DNA of 64,000 nt from the NCBI GenBank assembly GCA_001938485.1, contig MQRK01188858.1, positions 1 to 64,000 of the forward strand, in the 5' to 3' direction. Position numbers and translations under genes: made by a program. The notes under the pieces are model-generated. The model had not been told where the DNA came from and ran no database searches. It saw only the letters and a program-made list of their open reading frames with translations. This stretch comes from Girardia tigrina (Eukaryota). Below, piece after piece: positions 50,598 through 63,469 of the stretch. Each line of letters opens with the position of its first letter. Within the stretch, counting starts at the first letter, position 1.

Positions 50598-51283
50598 TTA
50601 TACGATACTTTATATGATATCTTTGGTCTTTTACTAAAATATTGTTTGGTGAGAAATAATTTTAAAAGCAGAAAAGAAAGAGTTGAAAGAAAAAATATTT
50701 GTTAATTGTTTTTCTGCATCAATAATATTGATTTAGAAATTGAAAAATTAGAATCGGTTGTAGTTATATATATATCATTGTAGTTATATGTTTACATTTA
50801 CGGAGATATAATGTATTATTGGCGGCTTTTATACCGAGTGTGAAATTACCAAAAATTGTCTCTCGCTATTTAGTTTTCAAAATTAAATGTAAGAACAGTA
50901 ATGGCAACAAACTATCTTTTTGAGTATTATTTATACAAGTATATAAATTCTTTTAACAAAGTTCTGTAAAAAATGCACCCCACTGGGATGATAAGATGGA
51001 ACCTTTTTCGGTAAGGTCCGCCACTTAAAAATTGTACAAAGTCGATGAATATTTTAGTAATATTTTGAAATATCTTTTAAGTATTGTATTGTCATCGAGA
51101 TTACCCTTTTAAGGAAAAATTAATCTAGCTACGACATTACTGAGGTGATTGAAAATTCGATCGCAAGATTTTTAAACAAGTGACATTGCAGAGTGAATAT
51201 ATGAATAAGTGTTGTAAAGATTTTTTTTATCAATATTTAATCTTAATATATCATTTAAAACTTTTTTTTGTGGGAGATATAAT

Positions 51284-52568
51284 AAGGGTATCCTAAAAGT
51301 TCGTCGACAAAGTCAAATCACTGTGGCTGTATATGTATGTGATACAATTACCTGCTGCATTGTTTGTGTTGTCTTGTAGATGTCAACCAATTAGAAAATA
51401 TAATAAACGTGACTGGCTGACTATATGCATAAATATGGTAGGCTGTTTTGGGAATTATTAATTTTCTTTTATATCAGAATAAATCGAAGACGCAGTGTAG
51501 GTACAACTTGCAATCGTTTATTTTCTGTGGTAGGAAGGCACATTGCTAGTTTATATTACTCAACGTTTATCCTTTGTATTATGTAATGCAGCCATGCACT
51601 AAAGTTATGTCTACAAGTTGGTGCAAAAATTCGAGGATTGTCGACAATCGTTAGAGGATGACGTCATGAACGGCTGAAAAAAACCTCATCAACCATGGAA
51701 AATGCAAAAGCGATCGCGGAAATCATTGACAGTGATCGATGTGTTACTGTTAAGAACATTGCATTCCTTATCAACATGCTTCCAACTTCTGTACACCACA
51801 TCATAAACACAGACCTCAGAATGAAGAAACTTTCTGCGAGATTTGTGCCATGAAGCAAAATCGTCTGACAACCTGCCAACAACTCCTCGTGGATAACCTA
51901 GGGGAAGCAAGATTTTTTGTAGTTGACGAGATCTGACGGTTGTTTGTCTTCCTGAGACAAAGAAGTAGTCGAAGCAATTGTGCTGCCAGCAAGAAAAGCT
52001 CCCTGTTAAAGTAAAAATCGGCGGTAAGGTCATGGTCACAGTATTTTGGGATTGTGACATGACTATTTTAATTGATTATCTCGACAAATGAGTAACAGTT
52101 AACAGCACCTACTTCAGCAACATTTTGCTAAAGGATCTTCGCTAAACTCTGAAAAACAAACGTCATGGGAGATTATCCACAATGTATCTTCTGCAACAGG
52201 ACAATGCAACTCCTCATACTGCGACACTGACAATGGATACCATCAACAAGTTCAAATGACAACTACTCTATCATACTTCATTATTCGACAGACCGCGCGT
52301 CAAGCGATTTCTCCCTATTTTTCGCTCTCAAGAAGTCGCTACAAGGACAGGAAATGTGAGAAGCCTTTAACAAGCGGTTCCATGATGCACAGCAAGACTT
52401 CTTCAATATGGGCATTCGGTTTCTGAAGAAGCGATTGGAGATGTGAGTGTGCGTACAAGGTGACTTTATTGAAAAATTTGGCGAAGATTCTGATTATGAG
52501 TAGTATGTTCATATATCATTTTTCTTTGCTTCCGTTTTATTTTTCCACGAACTTTTCTGATGACCTTG
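51284..52568 (+). mobile_element. Decayed full-length mariner
   Basis: Degenerate TIRs aagggtatcctaaaagttcgtcga / ccacgaacttttctgatgacctt; RQSLEDD, KLSARFVP, GKVMVTVFWD, LQQDNATPHTA. Confidence 0.85.
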
Positions 52569-52759
52569 TTATGGGTGGTGCTCACAAATATTTTTCGAAA
52601 AGCTTAAGGCATATCTCTCAACATGTTCGTATTGATAAAATAAAACTAAAAATTAAATTAGAGGAGTGCCTCTTTCGAGATAAAGTTTCTTTATATATCC
52701 ATAAAATAATTGAAAACTTTCTAAGAAGTTAACTTTTATTACGAAAACATTCAAATAAA

Positions 52760-53404
52760 TTTCAAAGCCAGAAGAGCTTCACAAACACGTCCACAGTGAG
52801 TCATAGGAGTAGTTGATAGCTATTATTTCATTATAGTCACTGAAAATCTGACAGAAGTCATTGAACAACGAAAGGGTACCCGAAAATGCTCCAACCGCGT
52901 ATCAAAAGAGTGCAATGCACATATCCTTCTTGTTTCAAAGCTTTTGCGGAACGGAGGGAACTAAAAAGACACATCAAAAACGTACATACAGTCACGACGC
53001 CGCAGCGACAGAATGGTGACAAACCTTTCCAGTGTCCCATGAAAAATTGTCACAAGACGTATAAAACAGGTGAAATGGTTAAAGCGACATTTATTGATTA
53101 ATCACAAAACCCAAGGCAGTACCAGTAGTACTAGTGCTTCACAAAATAACGTAGATGAATAATGTACAAAATCTTCGAACCTGATCGCGATGCATGATGT
53201 GTCAGTGCCCCTCAGTACCGCGGAGGCGGACTCATGAGTGATTCCAAGGGTGGTTCTCGACTTTCGGTTAAGTAATACAAATGATGTGGAGATATTTCGG
53301 TGTCCCTTTACTCATTGTACGAAACGTGTTTACACAGCCAAAGCTCTACAGAATCACGGTACGAGGGATCATGACTGGTCCTTTCTGAATGGGAAACCGA
53401 AGTG
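52760..53404 (+). pseudogene. Decayed multi-C2H2 zinc-finger ORF, copy A (ZnF gene or retroelement N-terminus)
   Basis: CTYPSCFKAFAERRELKRHIKNVH; CPMKNCHKTYKTGE(frameshift)WLKRHLLINH; CPFTHCTKRVYTAKALQNHGTRDHDWSFLNGKPK*. Confidence 0.7.
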
Positions 53405-54142
53405 AGCCCATGCACTGAAAGCTCGCATTCTTGCATCTAAAGCCGTGCGAGAAAGTTAGTAGGCTCTGTATTGTCTATTTCTGGTTACTACCCGATACAG
53501 AGTCTATGACTCAATTCCCTGTACGACAATGCTGCTACTTTAGTCTCTACAACACACAGTTTTCCGTTCAGTCGGGGGAGGCTTGTTTGCCCTGAGAAAC
53601 GTCTTACGGTGCTGTGAAACCGTGTGCAACAGTACTTATTTTTGAATTTCAACTTTGGTGACCAAGTGATTGTATTCTTGCATTAAATTCGCTCCGCATT
53701 CGATTCGTTCACATAACAGACCGGGCTGAATCCATGTGTCTAACTGCAATGAAATTCGGTTCACTTTTCCATGTTGAAGAATGTTTCGCAAGCCAATTTG
53801 TGGAAATTCTAAGGACACTGAAGAATTGGTTTGTATTCTTAGTCACAAATTCTGTTAATTCATGAAATACTACTTGATTGTTATCGATGTGGGGATAAAT
53901 TTGGAAATTTCCATTACAGTTCTTGGTTCTTCAAGGATTGTACAATTTTAATTTTTCTGGAAACATCAATGCTCTCAATTCTAATAAGTTTTCTGGCTAC
54001 GAATATATTATAGATGATATTATCACCTTTACTCGCACAATGTCAAGTATTTAGTTTAAAATTATTCATGTATAATTATATTTTAAAATTATAGATTTTA
54101 TTTGTTATTAATATTAATTTTTATCATATTTTTGTTCTGCAG

Positions 54143-54222
54143 ATATGAAGATCCTATCGAAATCAGCTCCAGCCTCCCCTACGAAACCTGCTCCGCCACA
54201 ACGGTCACCGCACACTCATTTA
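54143..54222 (+). CDS. par-3: Par-3-like gene, exon 7 (DMKILSKSAPASPTKPAPPQRSPHTHL)
   Basis: ttttgttctgcag|AT acceptor, phase 1 (G+AT gives Asp with exon 6); TTA|gtcagt donor; proline-rich linker-like peptide. Confidence 0.6.
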
Positions 54223-56327
54223 GTCAGTATTTTTATTCTTTGTTTTTATTCTTCAATAAAATAAATCCTAATAAATACATGCAATATTGAACATATTTTA
54301 AGATATTTCTTGTAAATGTGATTGGCTAATAACAATGTCACCGTTACCATGGATTTATGATTAATTTTGTGGGCTTATCTCACCTTGGGTTCAAAAACCA
54401 TGTTAACTGTTGACACAAATCTACTTCACTTACTCATGCTTAATAATAATTATTATTATCAATATAACTATAATAATAAATAAAAATAATAGTCATTATA
54501 AAATTAAACAACAAAAATGATTATAATTCAAATATATGATTTATTTTGCAAGATTATTTAACATATATTTTTTACTTTTTATTTGGTGCTGTATATATAT
54601 ATATATATTAAACTTTTTTGTTTTAGTTTCATTCGTCAATACGAGGATGAGTTTTATTATGTTATTTTTTTGTTTATGTTATATTTTTTAGTTCAATTTA
54701 TGATGTAAATTTTTTAATAAAATTTAGTAAAATGATTTACGAAATTTTCTTTAATTTTTCTTAAATAACTTAATGAAATTCGAATAATTTATTTTCCATA
54801 TTTAATTTTTCCCAGGCACATAAATAGACTGTGTAATAATTTTAATAATAAAAATTATAATTTTTGCGTGAAATTGTTCCAAAATATGAATTTATTTTAT
54901 GAAAAATTTTAGATGAAAAATCTTTGATTTGTATTTTTCAATAATATTATGTTCATTGTCGAATTTATTATTTCAAAAATTAATTTTGATTATTACATTA
55001 TTTAAATTACTAAGAAATAAGAAAATGTTTCTTTTATATGTACACATACAATTTTTTTTTAAAAATATTATATATAGATGAGAAATTTCTCACGTATAAT
55101 CTTGAATGAAAGTATCCTTATTTATTAGCAAGAATTATTTTGTCAATTTTTAAACAAAATAAAGAATATATGGTAAAAAATGCATAAAAATACAGGCAGT
55201 CGTAATTTTTTTTAAAGGGGGTAGAATAAAAATATTTTAATTAAACAATGAAAAATATCTTTATTTCCATGTTTCGTGTTATATATTTTATTTATTTTTA
55301 ATAATCCCTTTTTTATGCTTCTTAAAAACTTTTAAAACGAAAAATAACATCAAATATTTCTTTTCTCCAAAATCATTTTCAGAATTCGGAATGTAATTTT
55401 CCTCAGCTTCTTAATCTAAAATATTTATTTTAGATTTAGTATTCTATATCCTTCTAGTATTCCATAATATTTTTCAAATTTCTTAATGAAGTAAATATTT
55501 TCCTTCATTTTTAAAAAAAACATTTCCTAGAGGGACCAGTTGGAGCCGTAAATATCTATAATTTCGGATGACTTGGGTTTCTACAATGTTCGAATTAAGA
55601 AAAGAGTTATAATCGACTTCAAAAGATTTTTAGAGGACATTGATTGTAAATTATGAATTCATAAATCAGTTCTAATTGCGTAGATTATAAATGCGAATTT
55701 ACATATCACGACTCTTCAAATCGAGAATAGATTATTCTAATATTGACCGTCGTATTTGTTGCTCACGTTCATCGAACTTAGAAATTCTGTGCACACTTAA
55801 AATTTTTTTTAAATCTAGACATTAATTTCAATAGAATTTGAAAAATTCCATATCACTTGAGGATGTAATTTATTATGAAGACTGTAAAAACATAAGAAAA
55901 GAAATGCCAATAAACACAAGTTAATAATTTAAATTTAAAATGATTATCTGAAAAATATTAATTTTCTAACAATTTTCCCTATTATTTTTATTGAACAATA
56001 ATTATTATCTTTGTTAATTCAAGCTACTCGATATCTTCGTTAAAACAGCTTTCTTTGAAGTTCTTTTTTTCTTATTCAACCTTTTTTAAAATATTTATAA
56101 TGCTCAGTGTTCCTTTTTGTTATATATATTTACTTTTACCATTTTGTATGTTAATCAATGTGTAATATTGTCTTTTCAACAATGCTTCATAATACAATAT
56201 CTCATAATGTAAACCAAAATTATTGTGAAGAATAGAAAATTAATCTTTTGTAATTGATGAAGTTCCATCCTTGAAACATTTGCAGTAATGCAGAACCTTA
56301 CTCGATTTACTCAATTGTGAGTGTTCA

Positions 56328-57080
56328 TTAATCCGTGTTTTGAGATGACGATTTCATCTCTCCATTGTGGGCCTCCCATCTCTTTCGAAGGTATTCAGCC
56401 TCTAGGCTCTTTAGAGGGTCCATCCAAACAAAAGGATCACTAGCAGTCCCCGATAGGCCTCCTATAGGGTTGGATAGTTTCGGTTTCCGAGATCTTTTCG
56501 GCTTCCCTGTGAGAATCGACCACCCATGGATTGTATAGCCATGGTTCTGCATACCTTTGGCTATATTCGTGGACTTCATAGTCGCGAAAGGTACATCTGC
56601 CATCCTAAAAGTTAGATGTGTTTCTTCAGTACCTATCGCTTCTTCCACCGCCGTCGAGATAGTCGGGAGGTCCGTTACGGATTGAATCTGGTTGCCTGGA
56701 ATGTTGAGATTTTCTAAGACTCTTTCTTCAGTGTTATTTGTTTTACTGGTTTGCGCTGGTAAAATTGTCGGTTCTCTAATTTCTTCTGTCTCCTCCAATT
56801 TATGATCCCGGTAAAGGAGCCTTGTCAGCCACCCCTTCGTTTTGTACAAATTTTTATATAGTGTACATGAGAATGATAATTACTGTTATTGTGTCTCTTT
56901 GAACTGATCAGGATTAGTGGAAGCGGGCACCGTGCGGTCCCTTTTCATGTGTCTGTTCAGCTCCTTCTTTTCAGGAAACTCATTGTAGCATCTTTCTACT
57001 AGACATTGGTGACGTTTAACTCTCTAGTTAATCAGCTTCGGCACAGTTGTTCTTGTCCTATTGAGTCTTCTTGATCGAAT
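56328..57080 (-). pseudogene. Decayed multi-C2H2 zinc-finger ORF, copy B (paralog of copy A)
   Basis: RVKRHQCLVERCYNEFPEKKELNRHMK; YKTKGWLTRLLYRDH; AKGMQNHGYTIHGWSILTGKPK, colinear with copy A. Confidence 0.7.
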
Positions 57081-57271
57081 TAAGGAGTTTATGTTTCCCT
57101 CGATACAGGAAGGTCTCTGTGAACGATGCGATTAATGAAAATCTATCCAATGTACAAGTTTTTACAACCCTGACAATTAAATTTGTACTTAAAATTAGCT
57201 TTCATTAAATTGTCCATTGTGAATTTCATTGTAAGGTAATTTCTTACTTTACATGTTACGGGCACTATTTT

Positions 57272-57675
57272 ATAATATTATAAAAGCCCAAGTCACTCAC
57301 TGCCTGCCTCACTGCCTCACTAACGCTGTCAAGAACGCTCATATTATCTACTTACAATTGTAAGTAGATATTTATATTAATAATAATNNNNNNNNNNNNN
57401 NNNNNNNNNNNNNNNNNNNNNNNNNNNNNNNNNNNNNNNNNNNNNNNNNNNNNNNNNNNNNNNNNNNNNNNNNNNNNNNNNNNNNNNNNNNNNNNNNNNN
57501 NNNNNNNNNNNNNNNNNNNNNNNNNNNNNNNNNNNNNNNNNNNNNNNNNNNNNNNNNNNNNTAATGATTAAATGTGGAAAACAAATGAATTTTAAAAAAA
57601 ATGTCTTTTGAAAATTTATTTGAAATTTTAACTCTATATAATTATATCCGTCATACATGACGGGTTATTTACTAG
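57272..57675 (+). mobile_element. Non-autonomous Helitron with the same 5' end as 44075-44495; spans an N gap
   Basis: tataaaagcccaagtcactcactgcctgcctcactgcctcactaacgctg; hairpin ccgtcat-ac-atgacgg (57648-57663), then CTAG|T. Confidence 0.75.
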
Positions 57676-57869
57676 TTTTAATATAATCGATATTTTTATA
57701 AACATTATTCTTAAGTCTTTTGAAACCTTCGTAATTAAGATTTTTTATAATTTTCATATTGTTCCAATTTATTCTCATTTTGAATTTTGTTAGAGGGGAT
57801 TTTATCTAAGATTAATTTAATTTTCTATGTGTTTATTTGGATACATCAATCGTTTCCTAAGAATGTCAA

Positions 57870-58197
57870 GTTCGTAATGTGTACTTGTAAAGGTTGAGGA
57901 AAGATTCCAAATTCAATGAATTAAACCTGTAACCATACTATTTTTTTATCTATTTTCTCAGTAACTTTTTGGTATTGTGTTGATCTCTGTCCAACAGATA
58001 ATTTATAATGATTCTTGTTTGGCTTTTTCGATTCATACAAATTGAATGAATCTTTCACATTTTTCTATCAATGTTTCTCCATAATAACCTTTCCTAAATT
58101 TTTCAGGAAGTAATTGGTTCGTAAAAATATCTATTGTAGATTTAGTCACCATGTTAGTTGCGCTTACGTTTTCTTCAATATTAGAACTGGAAGTCAT
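57870..58197 (-). mobile_element. Probable gypsy gag remnant
   Basis: LPEKFRKGYYGETLIEKCERFIQF resembles the PExF...FIxxCERYF gag N-terminal motif; stops downstream. Confidence 0.45.
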
Positions 58198-61100
58198 GAT
58201 TGTCAGAATTTTAATTAATAATATTACACAAATTAAAAAAAAATATAACTTTTTCTTTAAAAACTTTCATCCTTAGTTTTTTTTCGTTTTGTTGTTTAAA
58301 AAAAATCGATATACATTTTGCTATTTTCATTTATTTATTTAAACATTTTCTTCATTTTAAATTTTTATAAAATAATTTTGATTGTATTACTCATAATTAA
58401 TTTAAATTAATATTTTAAAATGTCTTTATATTTCTTTTATGTGAAATTTATTTAAACGTTTATTTAACTTTTTGGAATTTTGAATTATTCATTTTTAGCG
58501 TTTTTTTAATATTTTTTAAATTTTTTGATACTTTTATGCAATTGTTTTAATTGACTATACGGTAGTTTTTTTTGTGATTTAAAATTATTATTTTAAACTT
58601 TTATTTTTAAAAAATTTTTTGAATTTAAAATACTTTAATTTATTGTAATTTAAAACTGCTCTTTTTCTTTGAAATTTTGTATGTTTTTTTGGGTTTTTGA
58701 ATTAAGTTTGTTTTTTAATTTTTAAAATTCTAATATTAAATTTTCTAAATAAATTATTTGGTGAAATAAATTTTTACCTATAAACAAAATTAATAATTTC
58801 TTAAGTAAAGTTGAATATTTTTTCATTTTAAGTTTTTAAAAATCATATTATCGCCTCAAAAATAATAAATATTTATCTTTATCTGATTTGACTTTTAATT
58901 TTTTAATAATTCTGACTAATTTTTCAGTGTCAATTAGCATCTCATTAAAGTTTCATTATTTGGCATGAGACCAAAGAATAAAAATATATTTGGTAGAAAA
59001 ATAATTAAGAGTACTTCGATTCTAATTTTTAGAATATTCTTATAAACATTTCACATTAATAATTCTATAAATTCAACCACTTTTAGAGATATCAAATTTT
59101 ATTGGTAAAATACGTTTTTTTTAAAATATGTATAGTGAATATATTAACTAATCTGTCTCCTACTATAACTTATAATTAATGCAACGAAGTTGATAGTCTT
59201 TCAAATAAAAATTACAATATACTTAATTTTTAAGTAGATCCATGTAATTTTTATTTTTTTACAATCTTGGTATTCTTTTGTATTCGAGACCCTTGTGTTG
59301 CATAATCTCTTCTAAACTAGATAATTAAGAAGGTTGATTATAACATTTCCACTACAACTTTTGTGGTCGCGGCCCATTTTTTTGTAAACATCTGTTTTTA
59401 TATCTTCATATCTTTAAAACTAAGGACAAATTAATGAAAATTAATAATTTTAACTAAATATTTTTTTCATCAATAAATGTATTTAATTCAATTTTAATGA
59501 AATAGAATTTTTATTATTTATTAATTCCATTTTTTACATCGGAAATATTTTATATAAATTTCATTAGCTCATTCTAAATGAATATAAAAAAACTTTATTA
59601 TTTTCAATTAGAATTGCTTATTAATTTCAATTTTTGGTCTCAAAAATAGTGTCATAAATAATCGCAACAATATATGTTCAAATCCTACATCACTCTATCA
59701 CAGGAATTTTAGTTCAATTATGTTTGTCATAATCATTCAAGTACACGTTTTTGAAGATGTGATGTTAATAATAGTGAGCACAGTAAGATCCAGGCAAGTT
59801 GAGACAGACGTTTTGTTGCAGTGTTTAAGGTCCTTCCAATTTCATAAGAATTACTCACTAATTTTTTGTGTCTTTTTTCAAAGCCATTATCACGGAGATA
59901 CTCGATTCTTGTGTATTAAAAAGCTTTAAAGACCAATTTATTTAAAAATGCTTAAAAATTAGTGTTTTGATTTCTATGGACCTACAACTTACAATATTCA
60001 GATACATTATTTGTATCTAAGTTCAAGAGGGAAGTATTTGAACCAGTTAGAAATAAAACAGAACTTCCTATTTACTTCAGTAAAATCTTTCTCGACTTTT
60101 TGAACTGATATAAATATAAAGGTGCATGTTTTTACATTTGTAAAATTTTGAACTTTAAAAAAATAAAAATAAGTAATTTTAATTAGTTGTAATTATGTTC
60201 AGTACAAATCTGAAAATTTTAGGTAAAAATCATCCAGTACTCTTTCTGTCTTGAATATGATTTTATTTTATGGTTAATGTGATCGTATTAATGTAGTATA
60301 TGATTATTAAAAATGAAATAACTTATGGATGATAATTAGAGGATCACGGTACATAAAGTCCCCGCCTCTAAATTCGAATCAAACACTAAATATGTATGTA
60401 TCATTATAAAATTTTGATGTTGATGTCAAGTATTTTAATATACAACATAAAAAGCAATAATCTCTAAAAAAGATCCATAAACAGCATGAAGTCTGTTATT
60501 AAATGTAAAAGTCGATTTATCAAGTTCTATTATTAAATCACACAGAATGTTATATATATATGGGGATTAGTAATGATATAATGATTCAATTTGGAGATTA
60601 TAATGTCCTAACACATTTAATTTAATTATTCACTCATAACACACCACATTCAATAATTAATCATATTTAAAATGGTTGATCATGTAACTTGATCACTACA
60701 TCTCTTACGTCCAATATGGCGTTAGCCATTCCACGTTTCGGGTTGTTTCTGATCAGTCATATTTTCGTAATTTATAACTCCTATTATGAAGTTTGATTAT
60801 TATTATATAAGGACCGTAATGGCGCCTTTCCTGCTTTTTGCTATTATCATTTTTCACATTTACTAAGTCTCCAACTCCAATTGTCTATTAGTTCCGATAT
60901 TCAGATTTTTTTCTTTTTACTGATTCGATATATTTGTTTTTCGCCGTCATTATTACATCATTTTGTTTATAACTCTCAAACCAATCGATATTTATATTTT
61001 TCCCCAAAATAATCTCCGAGGGACTTAACATCAATGTTTTTTGAACAGTTGCATTCATTGTTAAATCCATTTAGGATAAACACTCATCCCAATATCTAAA

Positions 61101-61209
61101 TAATTTATCTTCCACACAGCAAAATATCCAGTCTCAAATTGTTCGGAACTGTCTCTCTACTTACCCGTTAGCTTGATAGTGGTATGGGCTCGAGTATTGT
61201 ATTATGAAG

Positions 61210-62663
61210 TTTTTTTAAATATTTATTATCATTAATTATTAAACAATCTATTCAATATTTCATTTCTATTAAAAAAATTTGCACAAACATTATAAGAAAA
61301 CTTCATTTTTCATTATTTTATTTAAAAATTTATTCAATTACAATTTCTTTTTCATTTTCCTCATCAGTATCTGTTATTTTGCCACATTCATCAATATCTA
61401 TATCTGGATCTTCATTTGTAGATAAATCCCGATTTTTGAGAAAGGCGTTCGATTTAAAAAAAATTAACCTCATTCAAATGAGATGAAGTAATTCCACATA
61501 CAGAGAATGACTTTATTATCACATCATTGGTATCTGACACCATGCTAATTTGACCCATTTAACCATTTGAAATTTTGAAGGTGCCCTTAATCTTCCTGAA
61601 TGTGTCATATTTTTGGAGTGTTCTTCATTTCGTATCCATTCTTCATACAGTTCACGATATTTCTGCTTAAATGATGCATTCAATGAAACATCAGTTAGCT
61701 GTAAATACTTAATGCACCAGAAATGCATACCATATTAGTTCTAACAGATTTCAAAATTTCTTTAATATCATCCATCAAATGGGAACGAAAGGCATCCCAA
61801 ACGAGTACTCTAGGACAAAACGATAAAATTTTCAAACATGATGAAATCCATGCGGTAACAGAGTGGGTTGCATGGCGGCGACGCTCTGGCTTTGGGTCGG
61901 GGGGGAATAAGAAATTATCTCACTCAGTTCGCTGGTGGGGATCTCATCACCGTTCCTCGTCATTTGATTTTGCGATAGAAATTTACAAATTTTAATCTGA
62001 CTACGAAAGAAATGCGGCGGCATTTGATGCAATCGAACCTGAGAAAGAATCCAAAAACAAATAACTCTTTCGACTCGATTGATCGTGATTCATCCAACGA
62101 ATCACCGAATTGAACACTTCGACTTCACTCACTCAACAACACTCGATTCAAATAGGGATCACAAAATAATCGATTTCAAAAAATATCACACCTCAATTTC
62201 CAAATCACATTTCGCCAAACTCCAACAATTTTCCTTATCCGATAAAACAAAAATTCGATCGACTTCAATTTTTTCAAATAAAATATTTTTTTATTTATTA
62301 TTTTTTAACTTTATATTTTTTTGATAAAATGAAATCCGGATGATAATTTTCTTTTAAAAACAACACTCATCCATTTAAAAATATATTTCAAGACAATATA
62401 TTTCGACGGATCTATCGTCACCTTCAGGCCACTAATTAATAATCAATTCACCTGTATATAAATACAAAAATGATTATTATATAATCGATTTTGTCAATTG
62501 ACGTACTTCTTTGCATTTTTGTAAGAAAACTAAATTTTAAATGATAAAATCTCATTAAAAATAAAAATCTCAATTTAAAATAATAAAGATTAAAACAATT
62601 TTTCGTGATTACATAGTGACATGATTTAAATAAACGGCGCGCCGTTTATTCGAGCAAATACGG
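61210..62663 (-). mobile_element. pogo-family (about DD35D) derivative inserted in the gypsy integrase
   Basis: 5' TIR ta|ccgtatttgctcgaataaacgg at 62642-62663; transposase C-terminal half VLVWDAFRSH...KYLQLTDVSLNASFKQKYRELYEEW...SGRLRAPS (61380-61855); 3' TIR missing. Confidence 0.8.
61950..62270 (-). pseudogene. Kelch-family (KEAP1-like) BACK-domain gene fragment inside the pogo element
   Basis: KSIEFL.LSDK...AKCDLEIE, about 60-nt gt-starting spacer, SEVEVFNSVIRWMNHDQSSRKSYL(frameshift)ILSQVRLHQMPPHFFRSQIKICKFL. Confidence 0.75.
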
Positions 62664-63469
62664 TATTTCCATTGGGTGGTCTATCATTAAATTGTTGACT
62701 GCTTTGATAATTTTTGTTGACTTATTTATTAAAAATGTCTCATCCTGTTTCAACCGAGCTTCCATAGTTTTCACAATTTCTTTAATCTACTTGGTAGGAG
62801 TTAATCCTTTCTGCTCCTCATTTTTTTTCTTCCGAGCTTTTAATTTTAGAAATGATTCTGTATATTCAAACCAAGTGATTTCTTCTTTCATTTTCTAATT
62901 ATCCATACAATATTTTAGCATAAATTTTGTTAGTTTAGTTGACGTTAGTTTATGTTTCATTATTTTCTCGAAAATTTTTTAAAACTTTTTGAATATATTC
63001 TTCAATTGATGCTGATCCTTTCCGATGTGTCAAGGCACTCTGCAAGTCTTTCACTAAATTTGTTGACCTTGTGAATAATTTTTGTAGTTTTTAAAGGCTG
63101 TGAATAAAATATTCCGTTGATCCATACTGATTTGAATTAGATCAAGTAAGAAAATCTTCAATGTCTATCTCACCAGTACGTTTTCTCGGCTGTGGAATGA
63201 TGCGAATAAGTTTACTTGTATTCAGCATAGTCCTTATGTTATTAAATGCAAAAGTGTCAAGTCGATTTATTAAAATATATTATTAAATCACACAATATGC
63301 TATATATGAGGATTATTAATGATATTATGATTCAATTTCGAGATTATTATGTCATATGTCATTCAAACTCACAAACACACCACATTCAATAATTTGAAAT
63401 GGTCGATTATGTAACTACTTCTCACGCAGTCAATTAATACTTAATGATAATACATTTTGCTTTAAGAAC

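Larger units (their letters stand above)
60494..63419 (-). mobile_element. Internally deleted Ty3/gypsy element with two diverged LTRs (60494-60700 and 63237-63419)
   Basis: Direct repeats sharing tattaaatcacac...gattcaattt.gagattat...aacacaccacattcaataatt; TGT...ACA ends on the minus strand; integrase pieces QYSSPYHYQANG*VERQFRTI (about 61200-60890) and LTHRKG...HPMEI (63050-62666). Confidence 0.8.

Noticed and set aside
50232-53404. R2-type insertion linking the 28S fragment and the ZnF ORF
   Set aside because: They are more than 2 kb apart, separated by other sequence, and I do not see the R2 target site in the fragment.
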